The notes beneath the pieces are model-generated. The model made no database searches and was not told where the DNA came from. It was given only the letters and a program-made list of their open reading frames with translations. This document shows positions 1 through 12,011 of a stretch of 41,234 nt of DNA, piece after piece. The position numbers and the translations under genes were made by a program. The DNA is from Octopus bimaculoides (taxonomy: Eukaryota), in assembly GCF_001194135.2 (NCBI RefSeq), contig NC_068995.1, positions 19,851,040 to 19,892,273 on the forward strand, in the 5' to 3' direction. Each line of letters opens with the position of its first letter. Position 1 is the stretch's first letter.

Positions 1-60
<60 letters not shown>
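1..60. repeat. (TG)n microsatellite
   Basis: Perfect TG run at the window start. Confidence 0.98.
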
Positions 61-63
<3 letters not shown>

Positions 64-1031
64 CTGCCTGTACATGTTCATATATGTACACATACACAAC
101 CAAAAGAATGTTGTTGACAGTGCCTTCGAAGTCACTGTCAAAAGCGTTCTTGTATAAGAATAATAAATTCGTACTCTACGTAAGTATGAAAGAGAGACAT
201 TAAATGTGTGTACGTACATATTTATGTATGTAGATATGTATGTATGTATGTATGTATGTGTGCGCGTGTGTATGTCTATACATATATATATATATCGACA
301 GATTAGAAAGGGATGTTTGAATGTGGATGAAGAAGATTTTTTCTACTCCCCCTTTTCCTTTATATACATACATACATACATNNNNNNNNNNNNNNNNNNN
401 NNNNNNNNNNNNNNNNNNNNNNNNNNNNNNNNNNNNNNNNNNNNNNNNNNNNNNNNNNNNNNNNNNNNNNNNNNNNNNNNNNNNNNNNNNNNNNNNNNNN
501 NNNNNNNNNNNNNNNNNNNNNNNNNNNNNNNNNNNNNNNNNNNNNNNNNNNNNNNNNNNNNNNNNNNNNNNNNNNNNNNNNNNNNNNNNNNNNNNNNNNN
601 NNNNNNNNNNNNNNNNNNNNNNNNNNNNNNNNNNNNNNNNNNNNNNNNNNNNNNNNNNNNNNNNNNNNNNNNNNNATATATACATATATATATACATATA
701 TATATACATATATACATTTTTTTTTTATTAATGTATGTATGTATGTATGTATGTATGTACGTATGTGTCTATTTCTGATACAGACATGAGATTAAAGTTA
801 TGCTAAAATTACTGTAGCTGTGTGTATTGTTTTTCATCCATAAATATTGTGACTGAAATTGGAAAGAAAAATTGTAGATGTATGAATGGAAATGTTTCTG
901 CATAAGGTCATATTGAGATGTATAGGTAGAAAAAAGTCTTCTATGCATATTTCTAGTAAAGTAATAATTATCGAAAGAGAGAGAGAGGTGGGGATAGGAG
1001 TGGTAGAAATAGGAAGGAGCATGAGGCTAAC

Positions 1032-1088
1032 AGATGCGAACGTCTTTTTTATAACTAAAACCAGTAAACAACAACCGAAGTCGGTAGC
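1032..1088 (-). CDS. Candidate 57-nt phase 1-1 exon, (G)YRLRLLFTGFSYKKDVRI(C), CUB-domain-like
   Basis: Minus strand acceptor ggtttattttacag and donor CT|gttagc. The peptide resembles the CUB beta-strand motif GYR[IL]RLxFxxF. Single short exon, no expression support. Confidence 0.25.
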
Positions 1089-2105
1089 CTGTAAAATAAA
1101 CCTTTATGAAATGAGAAAAAATGTTGAATGTAAATAAAAGGTTAGACGAGTTTGATGTTATTAATGCTTTTCCTTTAAGCGGCTGCAGGTTAACTGCTGT
1201 TAAGATGGAGTGGGGGGAAAAACATGTACCGGAAGTCAATCTGAAACAGAGGCACCCTTCTGGAAGCGATTCTGTACATGCTGTTTAGTACAAGGATTTA
1301 GGACGAGGGAAACTCAGCGGGAAAGTCGGGGCTTCGATGTATTTAGCATATGCATAAACATACACCGAGTTCATACTCATATATCCCCAAGCTTCCGAGC
1401 GTAGATGTTCTTGTGTTTTATATTACGTGACTGCGCGTACGTCTTTCTCTGATAACATATGAGTGTCTTTCTACGTACGGATGTATGATGCGTGGTGTAC
1501 ACTCATATACGTTTGTGTGTATGTATGTGCGCATGTGTGTGCATGTACATGTGTGTGTGTGCATGTACATGTGTGTGTGTGCATGTGTGTTTATACCTAC
1601 GTATGCATGATTAATCACGCATGCATTTCTGCTAATGTGATGCATGTTTGCATGCACTGGCCTACATATGTAGCAATGCCTGCGGACATCGACGTGTAAT
1701 ATATGTGTATGTGTATATGTATATGAGTACATGTATATATGCAGGTATATATGTATATGTAAACGCATGTATATTTATGTATATATATGTGTCTGTGTGG
1801 ATTGTTTGTATATAATTATATAACTGAATTTCTAGGAATGCAGGTGTCCATAGGAAAAAGACTTTGCAAGTAGATACATGTGTGGGTAGGTGTGAACATC
1901 CAACTGCGTAGGCATGTATGTTTTATGTATAACTCTGTATCCATGTGAAACGTATATGCCACTATGTTTGCGGATGTATGCGCATGTTCTATGCACACAA
2001 ACATATTCGTCCAGGAATGTATATGTTCTCCGTATGATTATAAATACACCCCCCAACACACAGACATTTTATTCATATATATGCATGTGTGTGTGTGTAT
2101 GCATG

Positions 2106-2145
<40 letters not shown>

Positions 2146-3094
2146 NNNNNNNNNNNNNNNNNNNNNNNNNNNNNNNNNNNNNNNNNNNNNNNNNNNNNNN
2201 NNNNNNNNNNNNNNNNNNNNNNNNNNNNNNNNNNNNNNNNNNNNNNNNNNNNNNNNNNNNNNNNNNNNNNNNNNNNNNNNNNNNNNNNNNNNNNNNNNNN
2301 NNNNNNNNNNNNNNNNNNNNNNNNNNNNNNNNNNNNNNNNNNNNNNNNNNNNNNNNNNNNNNNNNNNNNNNNNNNNNNNNNNNNNNNNNNNNNNNNNNNN
2401 NNNNNNNNNNNNNNNNNNNNNNNNNNNNNNNNNNNNNNNNNNNNNNNNNNNNNNNNNNNNNNNNNNNNNNNNNNNNNNNNNNNNNNNNNNNNNNNNNNNN
2501 NNNNNNNNNNNNNNNNNNNNNNNNNNNNNNNNNNNNNNNNNNNNNNNNNNNNNNNNNNNATATATATATATATATATATACATGAATGTATGTGTGTTTG
2601 TATGTATACATGTATATGAATGAATGTGTGCTCGTGTTATGTTATAGTTAAGTATATTAATATGCTTATTAATATAAATGGGAATGCCTAAATGAAAATA
2701 TGCGAATACAAACACATTCACACACATAGACACATACCTGAACATAAGTGTATATTCATATATATGTATACACACATACACATATACGCACAAGTCCGCG
2801 CACATACATATATATATATGTATATATATATATATACGTATATGTATACGTACAAGTACGCGCTCACATACATAAATTCATACATATATATGTGTATTAC
2901 ACTTCTTACACTTTTTGCTATGTGGCTCTAAGTTTCAATGTTTGTACCTGATTATGCATACGCTTGTATGTGCTACATATGTATCAATATATATATTAAT
3001 ACATTCCTGTATTTACGCACGTATATCTCTCATTATGTGTCAATGCTTGCATAGTGGCTTCTTGTTTTATTTCTGTTGTGTTTTGCTTAACCCC

Positions 3095-3280
3095 ATGTCT
3101 GCCTGAATCGGTTATTCCAGGGATCAAAGGCATTCCAGCTTTACACATCCTGTCTTTTCCTTATGTGTAGAGAATACAGAACCACATTTTTCAGTGTGTC
3201 CATTTTAAGAGTGTGTGGGGTGATTTCAAGGGTACATTGTTGTTGTTTCCAGCAGGCTGAGTGAGGACTTAAAAGGTTTC
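3095..3280 (+). mobile_element. Interspersed repeat fragment (gatcaaaggcattcc family)
   Basis: Shares gatcaaaggcattcca and downstream similarity with the reverse complement of 37955-38126. Confidence 0.55.
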
Positions 3281-3512
3281 ATTTTGGGTTTATACATATA
3301 CAGTGATACGTAAATGTATGCATCTAATAATTTTTTTATTTCGTTTATACGTGTCTGCATGTTACCGTAATCAAATGGGAATGCCTAAATGAAAATATGC
3401 GAATACAAACACATTCACACACATAGACACATACCTGAACATAAGTGTATATTCATATATATGTATACACACATACACATATACGCACAAGTCCGCGCAC
3501 ATACATATATAT

Positions 3513-3646
3513 GGTCGGCCTGATGCTATAGCAGAAGACACTTGCCCAAGGTGCCACCCAGTGGAACTAAACCCGGGATCATGTCGTTAGGAAGTAAGCC
3601 AATACAACACAGCCAATACTTTGCGTTTAATGTCTGTGTATTAATA
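3513..3646 (-). repeat. Near-identical duplicate of 4092-4225 (SINE head)
   Basis: 134 bp, one mismatch by eye (gcgttt vs gcgctt). Confidence 0.9.
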
Positions 3647-3719
3647 CATCGAGCATGTTTGCGGGTGTGTGCGTGCGTGTATGTATGTGTGTGTGTGTGT
3701 CCTTTTATTTTATTTATTT

Positions 3720-4205
3720 ATTTATTTTCAGTCATTTCACTGTGGCTATCTGGAGCACCGCCTTAAATGATTCGTAGTCGAACAAGTTGACCCCTGGAAT
3801 TGTTCTTTGTAAGCCTAGTACTTATTCTATCGGTTTCCTTTGCCGAGCCACTAAATCGGAGGGACATAAACACACGAACATCGTTTGTCAGGTGATGGTG
3901 GGCGTACGAACACACGCACAAAGACACGTATACACAAATACACACATACACATACACGCATATACACACACAAATATATACAAACAAGCGTACACACACA
4001 TGCACACACGCACACACACACACACAGACACACATATATATAAGTCGGGCTTCTTCTAGCTTTCGGATACCAAAGCCACTCACAAGGCCTTGGTCGGCCT
4101 GATGCTATAGCAGAAGACACTTGCCCAAGGTGCCACCCAGTGGAACTAAACCCGGGATCATGTCGTTAGGAAGTAAGCCAATACAACACAGCCAATACTT
4201 TGCGC
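3720..4205 (-). mobile_element. tRNA-derived SINE family 1, near full length, with internal CA/TA microsatellite
   Basis: Homologous to 6301-6709 and 40003-40422 (cagtcattt..gagcaccgcc..aagcctagtacttattctatcgg..gaagacacttgcccaaggtgcca). Confidence 0.9.
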
Positions 4206-4505
4206 TTAATGTCTGTGTATTAATATTTTTTTTTCATTTAAGGCCATGGTAGTGCACTGTTTTGAAGAGTCTCAGCCAAACAAATCGATCTCTTTAGTTA
4301 CTGGGACATAAATGACCTAACACAGGGTATCATGCGGTGTGGAGTACAAATACAAAAAGAAAAAGGCGCACTCACATACACACATACATACTTATAAAAC
4401 ACATATATAAATACATATGTGCGTGTGTATGGGTGTGCGCGTGTGTGTAATCGTGTGTGCGTGCTTGCGTGTGTGTATATGTGTATTTTGAAGGCTGTTT
4501 CTTAA

Positions 4506-5075
4506 GGATCTTCGGTTTGTTGACGTAAACCCTCTTTTTCAGGTATCTCCAAAAGGAAAAAAATATCCGGACTAGTCAAGTCTGGGGATCGTGAAGGCCA
4601 TTCAAAGTAGACCACACACATGTTTCTAACAAGATGGGACGATTGATCCTACCACAAGAAAAACAATGCAGTTGCTACGGCAGTGCTGTGGAGAGAGACG
4701 ATTCTCCCTCTACGGCAATATCAACTGGCCTTCATGTTCCTCAGACTTGACTAGCCCGGATTTTTTCTTTGTGGAGATACCTGAAAGAGATGGTTTACGT
4801 CAACAAACCGGAGATCCTGGTGCAATTGTAGAAGATCAATAGAGAGATCAGAGGGTGTTATGGTGCAAGGTTTGGAAAGAGCACAGGCGTGCGAAGCCAA
4901 AAATGGCTGCCACCTAAGTGATATCATGTTTCATGAGTAGTGTTTCGAAATTTGATTCGTGCGTATTAATTTCCATTATGTCCTTTATATTGTATCAAAA
5001 TTTCATGCATTTATTTGTAAAGTAAAGGAAGTTATTAAAGATTAAAACCAATCAGTAACTTTTAAGACACTTTGA
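4506..5075 (+). mobile_element. Decayed Tc1/mariner transposase C-terminus with an inverted partial copy upstream
   Basis: 4630-4940 translates, with a frameshift and stops, to QDGT..WPSCSSDLTSPDFF/WRYLKEMVYVNKP..ERAQACEAKNGCHLSDIMFHE*. This matches the QDGA / WPxxSPDL / LWGYLK / NGGH motifs. A possible TIR remnant, acttttaagacac, lies near 5060. Confidence 0.88.
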
Positions 5076-5130
5076 ATATGTGTATACCATATGATTTATT
5101 ATTTAATAAATATATATATATCTTTATGAA

Positions 5131-5282
5131 AGGTTTCTTTCATTCAATTTCCGTTTACCAAATCCACACACAAGTCTTCGTTTGGCCGGCTTTTATCTTA
5201 CGTAAGGTGCCACATAATGTAACTGTGCCTGGAACCATGTGGTTGGGAGGCAAACTTGTTACTACGCAGTTAAGTCTGTACA
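5131..5282 (-). mobile_element. Degenerate SINE family 1 head fragment
   Basis: tttccgtttaccaaatccac..aaggtgccac..ggaaccatgtggttggga matches other copies. Confidence 0.7.
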
Positions 5283-6119
5283 TTTGAAATTACACGCGTA
5301 TGTCTCTACATGTGCGTGTATATCTATCTATTTACGTATGTGTATATATGTGTGTGGGTTGTGCATGGATGTTTATGTGTATGTATATGCATATTTATAT
5401 CTATTCATGTATTTATGTATGCACTAATATGTAATTGTGTATGTGTAAATGGGAATTCACGTGCTTGTGTATATGTGTGTACAGTGCTTGTTTTTATCTA
5501 TTTCAAATACATAGAATTCCTGCCGTTTCTTTCTGTGTGAGAAACAGGCGAAGCGAAGAATAGAAATTCCATGGTGTAGCTGTTGTCTTCAGAAGTTACT
5601 ACTCTCTCCAAACTGATAACAATTATTTACTAAAATATTGCCAGGTTCTGCACGATTGCCATGCTACTGTTTGAGGGATTTCATTTCACATCGTTTTATT
5701 TGAACGGAGATGTAAAAGCTAGAAATTCAAATAGTTTCCTTCACTTCTTTTTTTTTTTTTCACAATGTCACACATTAAGTTTATGTAAGGTGAGAAACAA
5801 TTATTTATGTTAGGCCTCATGAACATTTAAAATCTGCTTTCTAGAATTCTAATGAAGGCCCACTGAGATTACTGCGTGAAAATATTGATTCTTATTCACA
5901 CTAGGGTTGGACGTATAGCTGTTTGAATGAATCCTACCTGATAACTAGTAATTGTTTGACATAATTTGGAGAGGGATGAACCGTAAATTTCACATAAATG
6001 CCAAATAATACTAAATGCAAACTAAATAGCATTGAGTTGTGTCTGTCGAAAACGGAATCTGTATCGAATTTTCGGTTCACCAATAATTTACTTATTACTC
6101 GCCACAATATATCTTTTTC

Positions 6120-6245
6120 TAAAGAGTAAAATTGGTTTCAAGTGTTGGCACAAGGCCAACAGTTACCGGCCAGGGGTAAGTCGATTACAGTGTTCAAAAT
6201 GTACTTACTTTATCAACCCCGAAAGGATTATACTGGCTCAATACA
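6120..6245 (-). mobile_element. SINE family 2 fragment
   Basis: ggcacaaggcc..agtcgattac..tttatcaaccccgaaagga, homologous to 38880-39531. Confidence 0.7.
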
Positions 6246-6300
6246 ATTTTTTTTTTTCTAAGATAAGCTTTCCTAGTGACAGAATGAGTTAAGATCTTTA

Positions 6301-6709
6301 TTACTCTTTTACTCTATACTCTTTTACTTGTTTCAGTCATTTGACTGTGGCCATGTTGGAGCACCACCTTTAGTCGAGCAAATCGACCCCAGGACTTATT
6401 CTTTGGAAGCCTAGTATTTATTCTATCGGTTTTTTTGCCGAACCGCTATGTAACGGGGACGTAAGCACACCAGTATCGGTTGTCAAGCGATGTTGGCGGG
6501 ACAAATACAGACACACAAACATATACACACATACATATATATATACATATATACGACGGGCTTCTTTCAGTTTCCCAAATCCACTCAAGGCTTTGGTCGG
6601 ACCGAGGCTATAGTAGAAAACACTTGCTTAAGGTGCCACGCAGCGGGAATGAACCTGGAACCATGTGGTTGGTAACCAAACTACTTACCACACAACCACT
6701 CCTGCGCCT
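6301..6709 (-). mobile_element. tRNA-derived SINE family 1, full length
   Basis: Minus strand begins aggcgcaggagtggttgtgtggtaag (box A-like) with a box B-like ggttcattcc, has an internal CA/TA tract, and ends in an (AAGAGTA)-like tail. Confidence 0.92.
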
Positions 6710-6971
6710 TTATTCTTTAATTTTTTTGCTTGTTTCAGTCATTTGAATGACTGTGGCCATGCTGGAGCACAGCTGCCAAGGGATTTTAGTCGAACAAAGC
6801 GACCCACAGAACTTATTTTTCAAAAGTCTTGTACTTATTCTATCAGGCCCTTTTGCCGATCCGTTAAGCTACAGGGATGCAAACAACCAACACCGGCTGT
6901 CAAGATGGGGCAAACACAGACATACATACAAAGATATACATAGATACATGGGTATATATACCTATGTATAC

Positions 6972-7040
<69 letters not shown>

Positions 7041-7202
7041 ACGGGCTTCTTTCAGTTTTCGTCTACCAAATCCACTCACAGAGCTTTGGTGGGCACGAAG
7101 CTATAATTGAAAACACTTGCCCAAAATGTCATGGAGTGGGACTGAACCCGGTACCATGTAGTTTTAGAAGCAATCTTCTTACCACACAACCACTCCTGCG
7201 TC
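6710..7202 (-). mobile_element. tRNA-derived SINE family 1 variant, directly tandem to the previous copy
   Basis: Same head and tail motifs, diverged 3' half, internal (TA)n at about 6977-7037. Confidence 0.9.
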
Positions 7203-7659
7203 TATGTATAGAAAATACATGAGAAAGCTTGAAAAGAATATTATCAATGCTAGCAGAAAGACAACCTTCCTGGCGGTTTTCTGCTAGTCACTTGATAATA
7301 TTTTCACATTTGATTCCCAATTCTAATCCTTTTTACGATATTTTACATCTAATTATTTCTTTGTATAATAGTGCTCAATTGCTTAGTAAATATTGCTTTC
7401 ATTATTTTATCACAGCCATAATCTCTCCTTTTTAAACAGACATTAAGGTAGTCCAACTACGGAAAGAGGAGAAACTTGTTAAGTTTTACCTTCCCCTCAA
7501 AGCAACATAGATATTTCAATTCAGCAGCCCATCTGGAAGCTTTTGCGGCGCGCGAGCGCGCGTGTGTATGAGAAAGAAGGGGAGAGAACGTTGCAAACAA
7601 TGAGAAGGAGAGAGAACATTGCAAACAATGAGTGAAATATGCAATGAAAAAGTCGTATA

Positions 7660-8330
7660 TATAAACTACAGATGTATACGCCACCGAATTTGTTGCCGTA
7701 TAGCATCCAGAAAAATTGAACCTTTTTAACGAAATTTTCTACAAATACCGCTTAGATGTTGTGGCTTCGGAGTATATAGGGATTTATGAGAATGAATTTT
7801 TCCGAGGAGGTGGAGAGAGGAGTTTCGGAAAAATTCACAAGATCCGACATTTTTTCCCTTATAACTTTCAGGAAAATGGATATCTTTTAATGAAAGTTTA
7901 TACAAATACCTTTCAAATGGCATAGATTACAATTATGAGGAAATTTGGGGGGAAAATCTTTTCCGATGGGTGGGAAGAGGAGTTTCGGTAAAACAGAGTT
8001 TCGGATCAGGAAGACCAAATAAGTTATAACTACTCTGTTGTAACAGGTATTTTCTCTCATTTTTTTTTAAACCACAGCCTTCGAAATGATAGCAGGGTGA
8101 GGGGCATCTTTGTATGGAAAATAGTTATGAAAATTTTTTTACAACCCCTCCTCCCTCATCATCCCACTCCGGACTTATTTTGGCTAATTTTCTTTTGCAC
8201 TTCAAAACCATGGGAGGAGCTTCTATATACAGCTGAACCGAATTCACATCCTTTTCGCCATTAATATACTTACGAATTACATCAACAGCATACAATTTTG
8301 TTCCTTTCCGTATACATAGTTCAGGAAAGA
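7660..8330. mobile_element. Probable non-autonomous DNA transposon-like repeat
   Basis: Non-coding, with repeated gaggagtttcgg motifs (about 7818 and 7977) and composition typical of MITE/Helentron-like repeats. Termini not resolved. Confidence 0.3.
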
Positions 8331-8719
8331 ATAGTATATATTTACAGGAAAATCTAAAGAATATCTCGTTAGCGGAAAAACATGTCAGGTGCGAATGAGT
8401 AAGAGCACAATAAAATCTCTTGATATCGATAACATCGCTAATCTTTCGTGTTTGGTATTTACAATTATCAGTTTACTTCGTGGATTCGATTTCCATCGAG
8501 GTTGATTCAGCCATGTATTTTTCCTGAGTAGATAGAAAGAGTATAAAAAACACACTGCAGTCACTTTAACGAATTATAACCGTCTTCTGATAAAACATGA
8601 CCATTAAGTCGTGCGTCAATTGTCGAAATCAGCATTGGTAATAACAGCGTAGTAAGGTGAGATAATACAATAGCACTTAATATTGAATGAATTTGATATC
8701 AAATTAAGTTCGACTTGAG

Positions 8720-9170
8720 AGCAGACATGGGTGTGTGGCGAAGAAGTTCGATTCACAACCAAGTAAATGCGTATTCAGTCTCTGTGCACGACATCTTAGA
8801 TCAATATGTGCCAGTGTTCTTCTACTATAGCCACGGGCCGACCAATGCTTCGTCAGTGAATTTAGCAGACGGAAATTGGATGGAAACCTATTGTATACAC
8901 ATACATATATATACATCCACACAAACACGCATGTATATGTATGTTTGTTGGTGTGCATATATGTATGTATGTTTGCGTGCGCTTCTGTATTTCTGTTTGA
9001 CACCGCTTGACAACTAGTGTTAGTTTGCGTTCGTAACTTAGTGGTTCGATCAAAGGAAATGATAAAATAACTACAAGGACTTTAAAAAATACGAATACTG
9101 GGATGTTAATTTGTCCGGTTACATCTATAAGGTAGTGCTCTAGTGTGGCCATATTCGAATGACGAGTAAA
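8720..9170 (+). mobile_element. Old, diverged SINE family 1 copy
   Basis: gtgttcttctactatagccacgggccgacc..gacggaaattg..caccgcttgacaac..gtgctctagtgtggcc in sense orientation. Confidence 0.8.
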
Positions 9171-10417
9171 GGAGCTAAAGAATAATCCCTCTATGTTGTC
9201 AATTAAAATATTATCGATGCCCGCTTCTAGTTTTATCTTTTTGAAGTTTGCAAAACAAACATACAATAAATTATTAAATTTGATTATATCCACTGGAGCT
9301 TAACACTACAGATTCATCATTTTCTTTCCAATAGAGAAGCATCATTAATTCTAGAAAGATCTAAGTATATTTATAAAATTTACTGTAGCTTCCAAAATTT
9401 TTCCTTTAATACAATAACAGTCTAAATCATTTTCGAAGTTGGTTTAAATATCATTGATGGTTTTGCTGATGTTTTTGCACGAAAGTTTCAATTTTCCTAT
9501 TTTCTATTTTCCCATGGAATGTTAACAGATTTAAGATAAGAAATAGATTCTCAAATTTAAAAAGACGGGTGTTGAAATGTTTCTGATTTTTGCAAAATTC
9601 TTAGCTTTGTAAATAACCTGAAATAATTAGATTAACAAAAAAAATTAATCGAATCTCGGTTATAATCTCGAATGCAGAGGCAATTACTTTTCAATTCAAA
9701 TCATGTAGACATTATATATATATACATACCTACATACACGCACACACACGCACGCACGCACGCACACACACNNNNNNNNNNNNNNNNNNNNNNNNNNNNN
9801 NNNNNNNNNNNNNNNNNNNNNNNNNNNNNNNNNNNNNNNNNNNNNNNNNNNNNNNNNNNNNNNNNNNNNNNNNNNNNNNNNNNNNNNNNNNNNNNNNNNN
9901 NNNNNNNNNNNNNNNNNNNNNNNNNNNNNNNNNNNNNNNNNNNNNNNNNNNNNNNNNNNNNNNNNNNNNNNNNNNNNNNNNNNNNNNNNNNNNNNNNNNN
10001 NNNNNNNNNNNNNNNNNNNNNNNNNNNNNNNNNNNNNNNNNNNNNNNNNNNNNNNNNNNNNNNNNNNNNNNNNNNNNNNNNNNNNNNNNNNNNNNNNNNN
10101 NNNNNNNNNNNNNNNNNNNNNNNNNNNNNNNNNNNNNNNNNNNNNNNNNNNNNNNNNNNNNNNNNNNNNNNNNNNNNNNNNNNNNNNNNNNNNNNNNNNN
10201 NNNNNNNNNNNNNNNNNNNNNNNNNNNNNNNNNNNNNNNNNNNNNNNNNNNNNNNNNNNNNNNNNNNNNNNNNNNNNNNNNNNNNNNNNNNNNNNNNNNN
10301 NNNNNNNNNNNNNNNNNNNNNNNNNNNNNNNNNNNNNNNNNNNNNNNNNNNNNNNNNNNNNNNNNNNNNNNNNNNNNNNNNNNNNNNNNNNNNNNNNNNN
10401 NNNNNNNNNNNNNNNNN

Positions 10418-10547
10418 TTGGCGTTAGGAAGGGCATCCAACTGTAGAAACTCTGCCAAATCAGATTGTAGCCTAGTGTAGCTATCTGGTTCACCAGTCCT
10501 CAGTCAAATTGTCCAACCCATGCTAGCATGGAAAGCGGACGTTAAAC

Positions 10548-10586
<39 letters not shown>
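10418..10586 (+). mobile_element. SINE 3' half with Meta-like domain, RTE-type tail and (GAT)n
   Basis: ggcgttaggaagggcatcc resembles the MetaSINE domain as I recall it. catggaaagcggacgttaaacgatgatgat resembles RTE-derived tails. The 5' part is lost in the gap. Confidence 0.7.
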
Positions 10587-11474
10587 CTTAGATTATGTTT
10601 TAAATTATCCCCAGTCTATTTCTTAGTACATTATTAATTAGTTAACCAGTTACCTGATTAGTGACATCATATTCAATTAGCTAGATGACGCCTTACTCTC
10701 TGTGAACAGGAGATGAAGTTCCAAGTTTACTCTGTCCAAAAAGAGAGAAAAACATGTGGTGTAACTGCTTTATTTTATCTCAGTGACGCTAAAATTGTAA
10801 GTTTATCAAATAGCATACACTTTATTTTGAACGATCACAAAACGATGTACAATTAATCAATTAACTAATCAATTAATTAAACATGTTTTCAATAAAAGTT
10901 TTCTTAGGCAATTCAGATGAACCGGTTCGACTGTCCGATTTTGTATGCTTTACGAATAGTTATCAGCTACTATTGTCTCCGCAGACTAGGGACATATATT
11001 CTGTTTCTGATAAAGGTGTAAGAAAGCTGGCAGCTAGTCAGACCGTTCTCGTTTTCCTGCCAGAGACAGAGCCCTGTAGTGCAACAACTTCTAAGAAGTT
11101 TTATTGTGACATTTAAATGGTAGGGATATGAAAAAGTTGTACCTCGCATTACATTCCAAATTATCAAATAATGTTGGACTTTTCATGAGCTCTTTTGTTT
11201 CTTTGGGGCATTAGTTTTTCTAGCTTGATGGTTTCCCGACATTCCGGTCTCATTTTCTTGATCAAGTAATTTTGTTTTGAGGTTATTTATGGAATAAATT
11301 ACATGACTTACGTTTGTTAACGATGTTATTACTAACGCCTTTAGACAAAAACTTTAATAAAAAAGAAAAAATAAATAAGAATTTGAATACATACAATCGC
11401 ACACATGAACACAAAAAAGGAAACAGAAGCAGGCATACAAGGACAAATAAAGTGACACACACAAACACACACAC

Positions 11475-11505
<31 letters not shown>

Positions 11506-11842
11506 GTATGTATATCTGTATATGAACATATCTCNNNNNNNNNNNNNNNNNNNNNNNNNNNNNNNNNNNNNNNNNNNNNNNNNNNNNNNNNNNNNNNNNN
11601 NNNNNNNNNNNNNNNNNNNNNNNNNNNNNNNNNNNNNNNNNNNNNNNNNNNNNNNNNNNNNNNNNNNNNNNNNNNNNNNNNNNNNNNNNNNNNNNNNNNN
11701 NNNNNNNNNNNNNNNNNNNNNNNNNNNNNNNNNNNNNNNNNNNNNNNNNNNNNNNNNNNNNNNNNNNNNNNNNNNNNNNNNNNNNNNNNNNNNNTATATA
11801 TATATGAGCATGCATATCTATACATACACGTATATATATTCT

Positions 11843-12010
11843 TTTATTCTTTTATTCTTTTATTGGTTTCAGTCATTTGACTGCGACCATGCTGGATGGA
11901 GCACCGCCTTTAGTCGAGCAGTTACGGGGAAGTAAACACACCAACATCAGTTGTTAAGCAGTGGTGGGGGACAAACATATATACATACAGATATACGACG
12001 AGCTTCTTTT
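11843..12010 (-). mobile_element. 5'-truncated SINE family 1 copy with internal deletion
   Basis: gagcaccgcctttagtcgagca is joined directly to gttacggggaagtaaacacacc. Confidence 0.8.
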
Positions 12011-12011
12011 A

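Noticed and set aside
1228-1236. Perfect ETS motif ACCGGAAGT as a promoter
   Set aside because: Single 9-mer with no supporting motif cluster.
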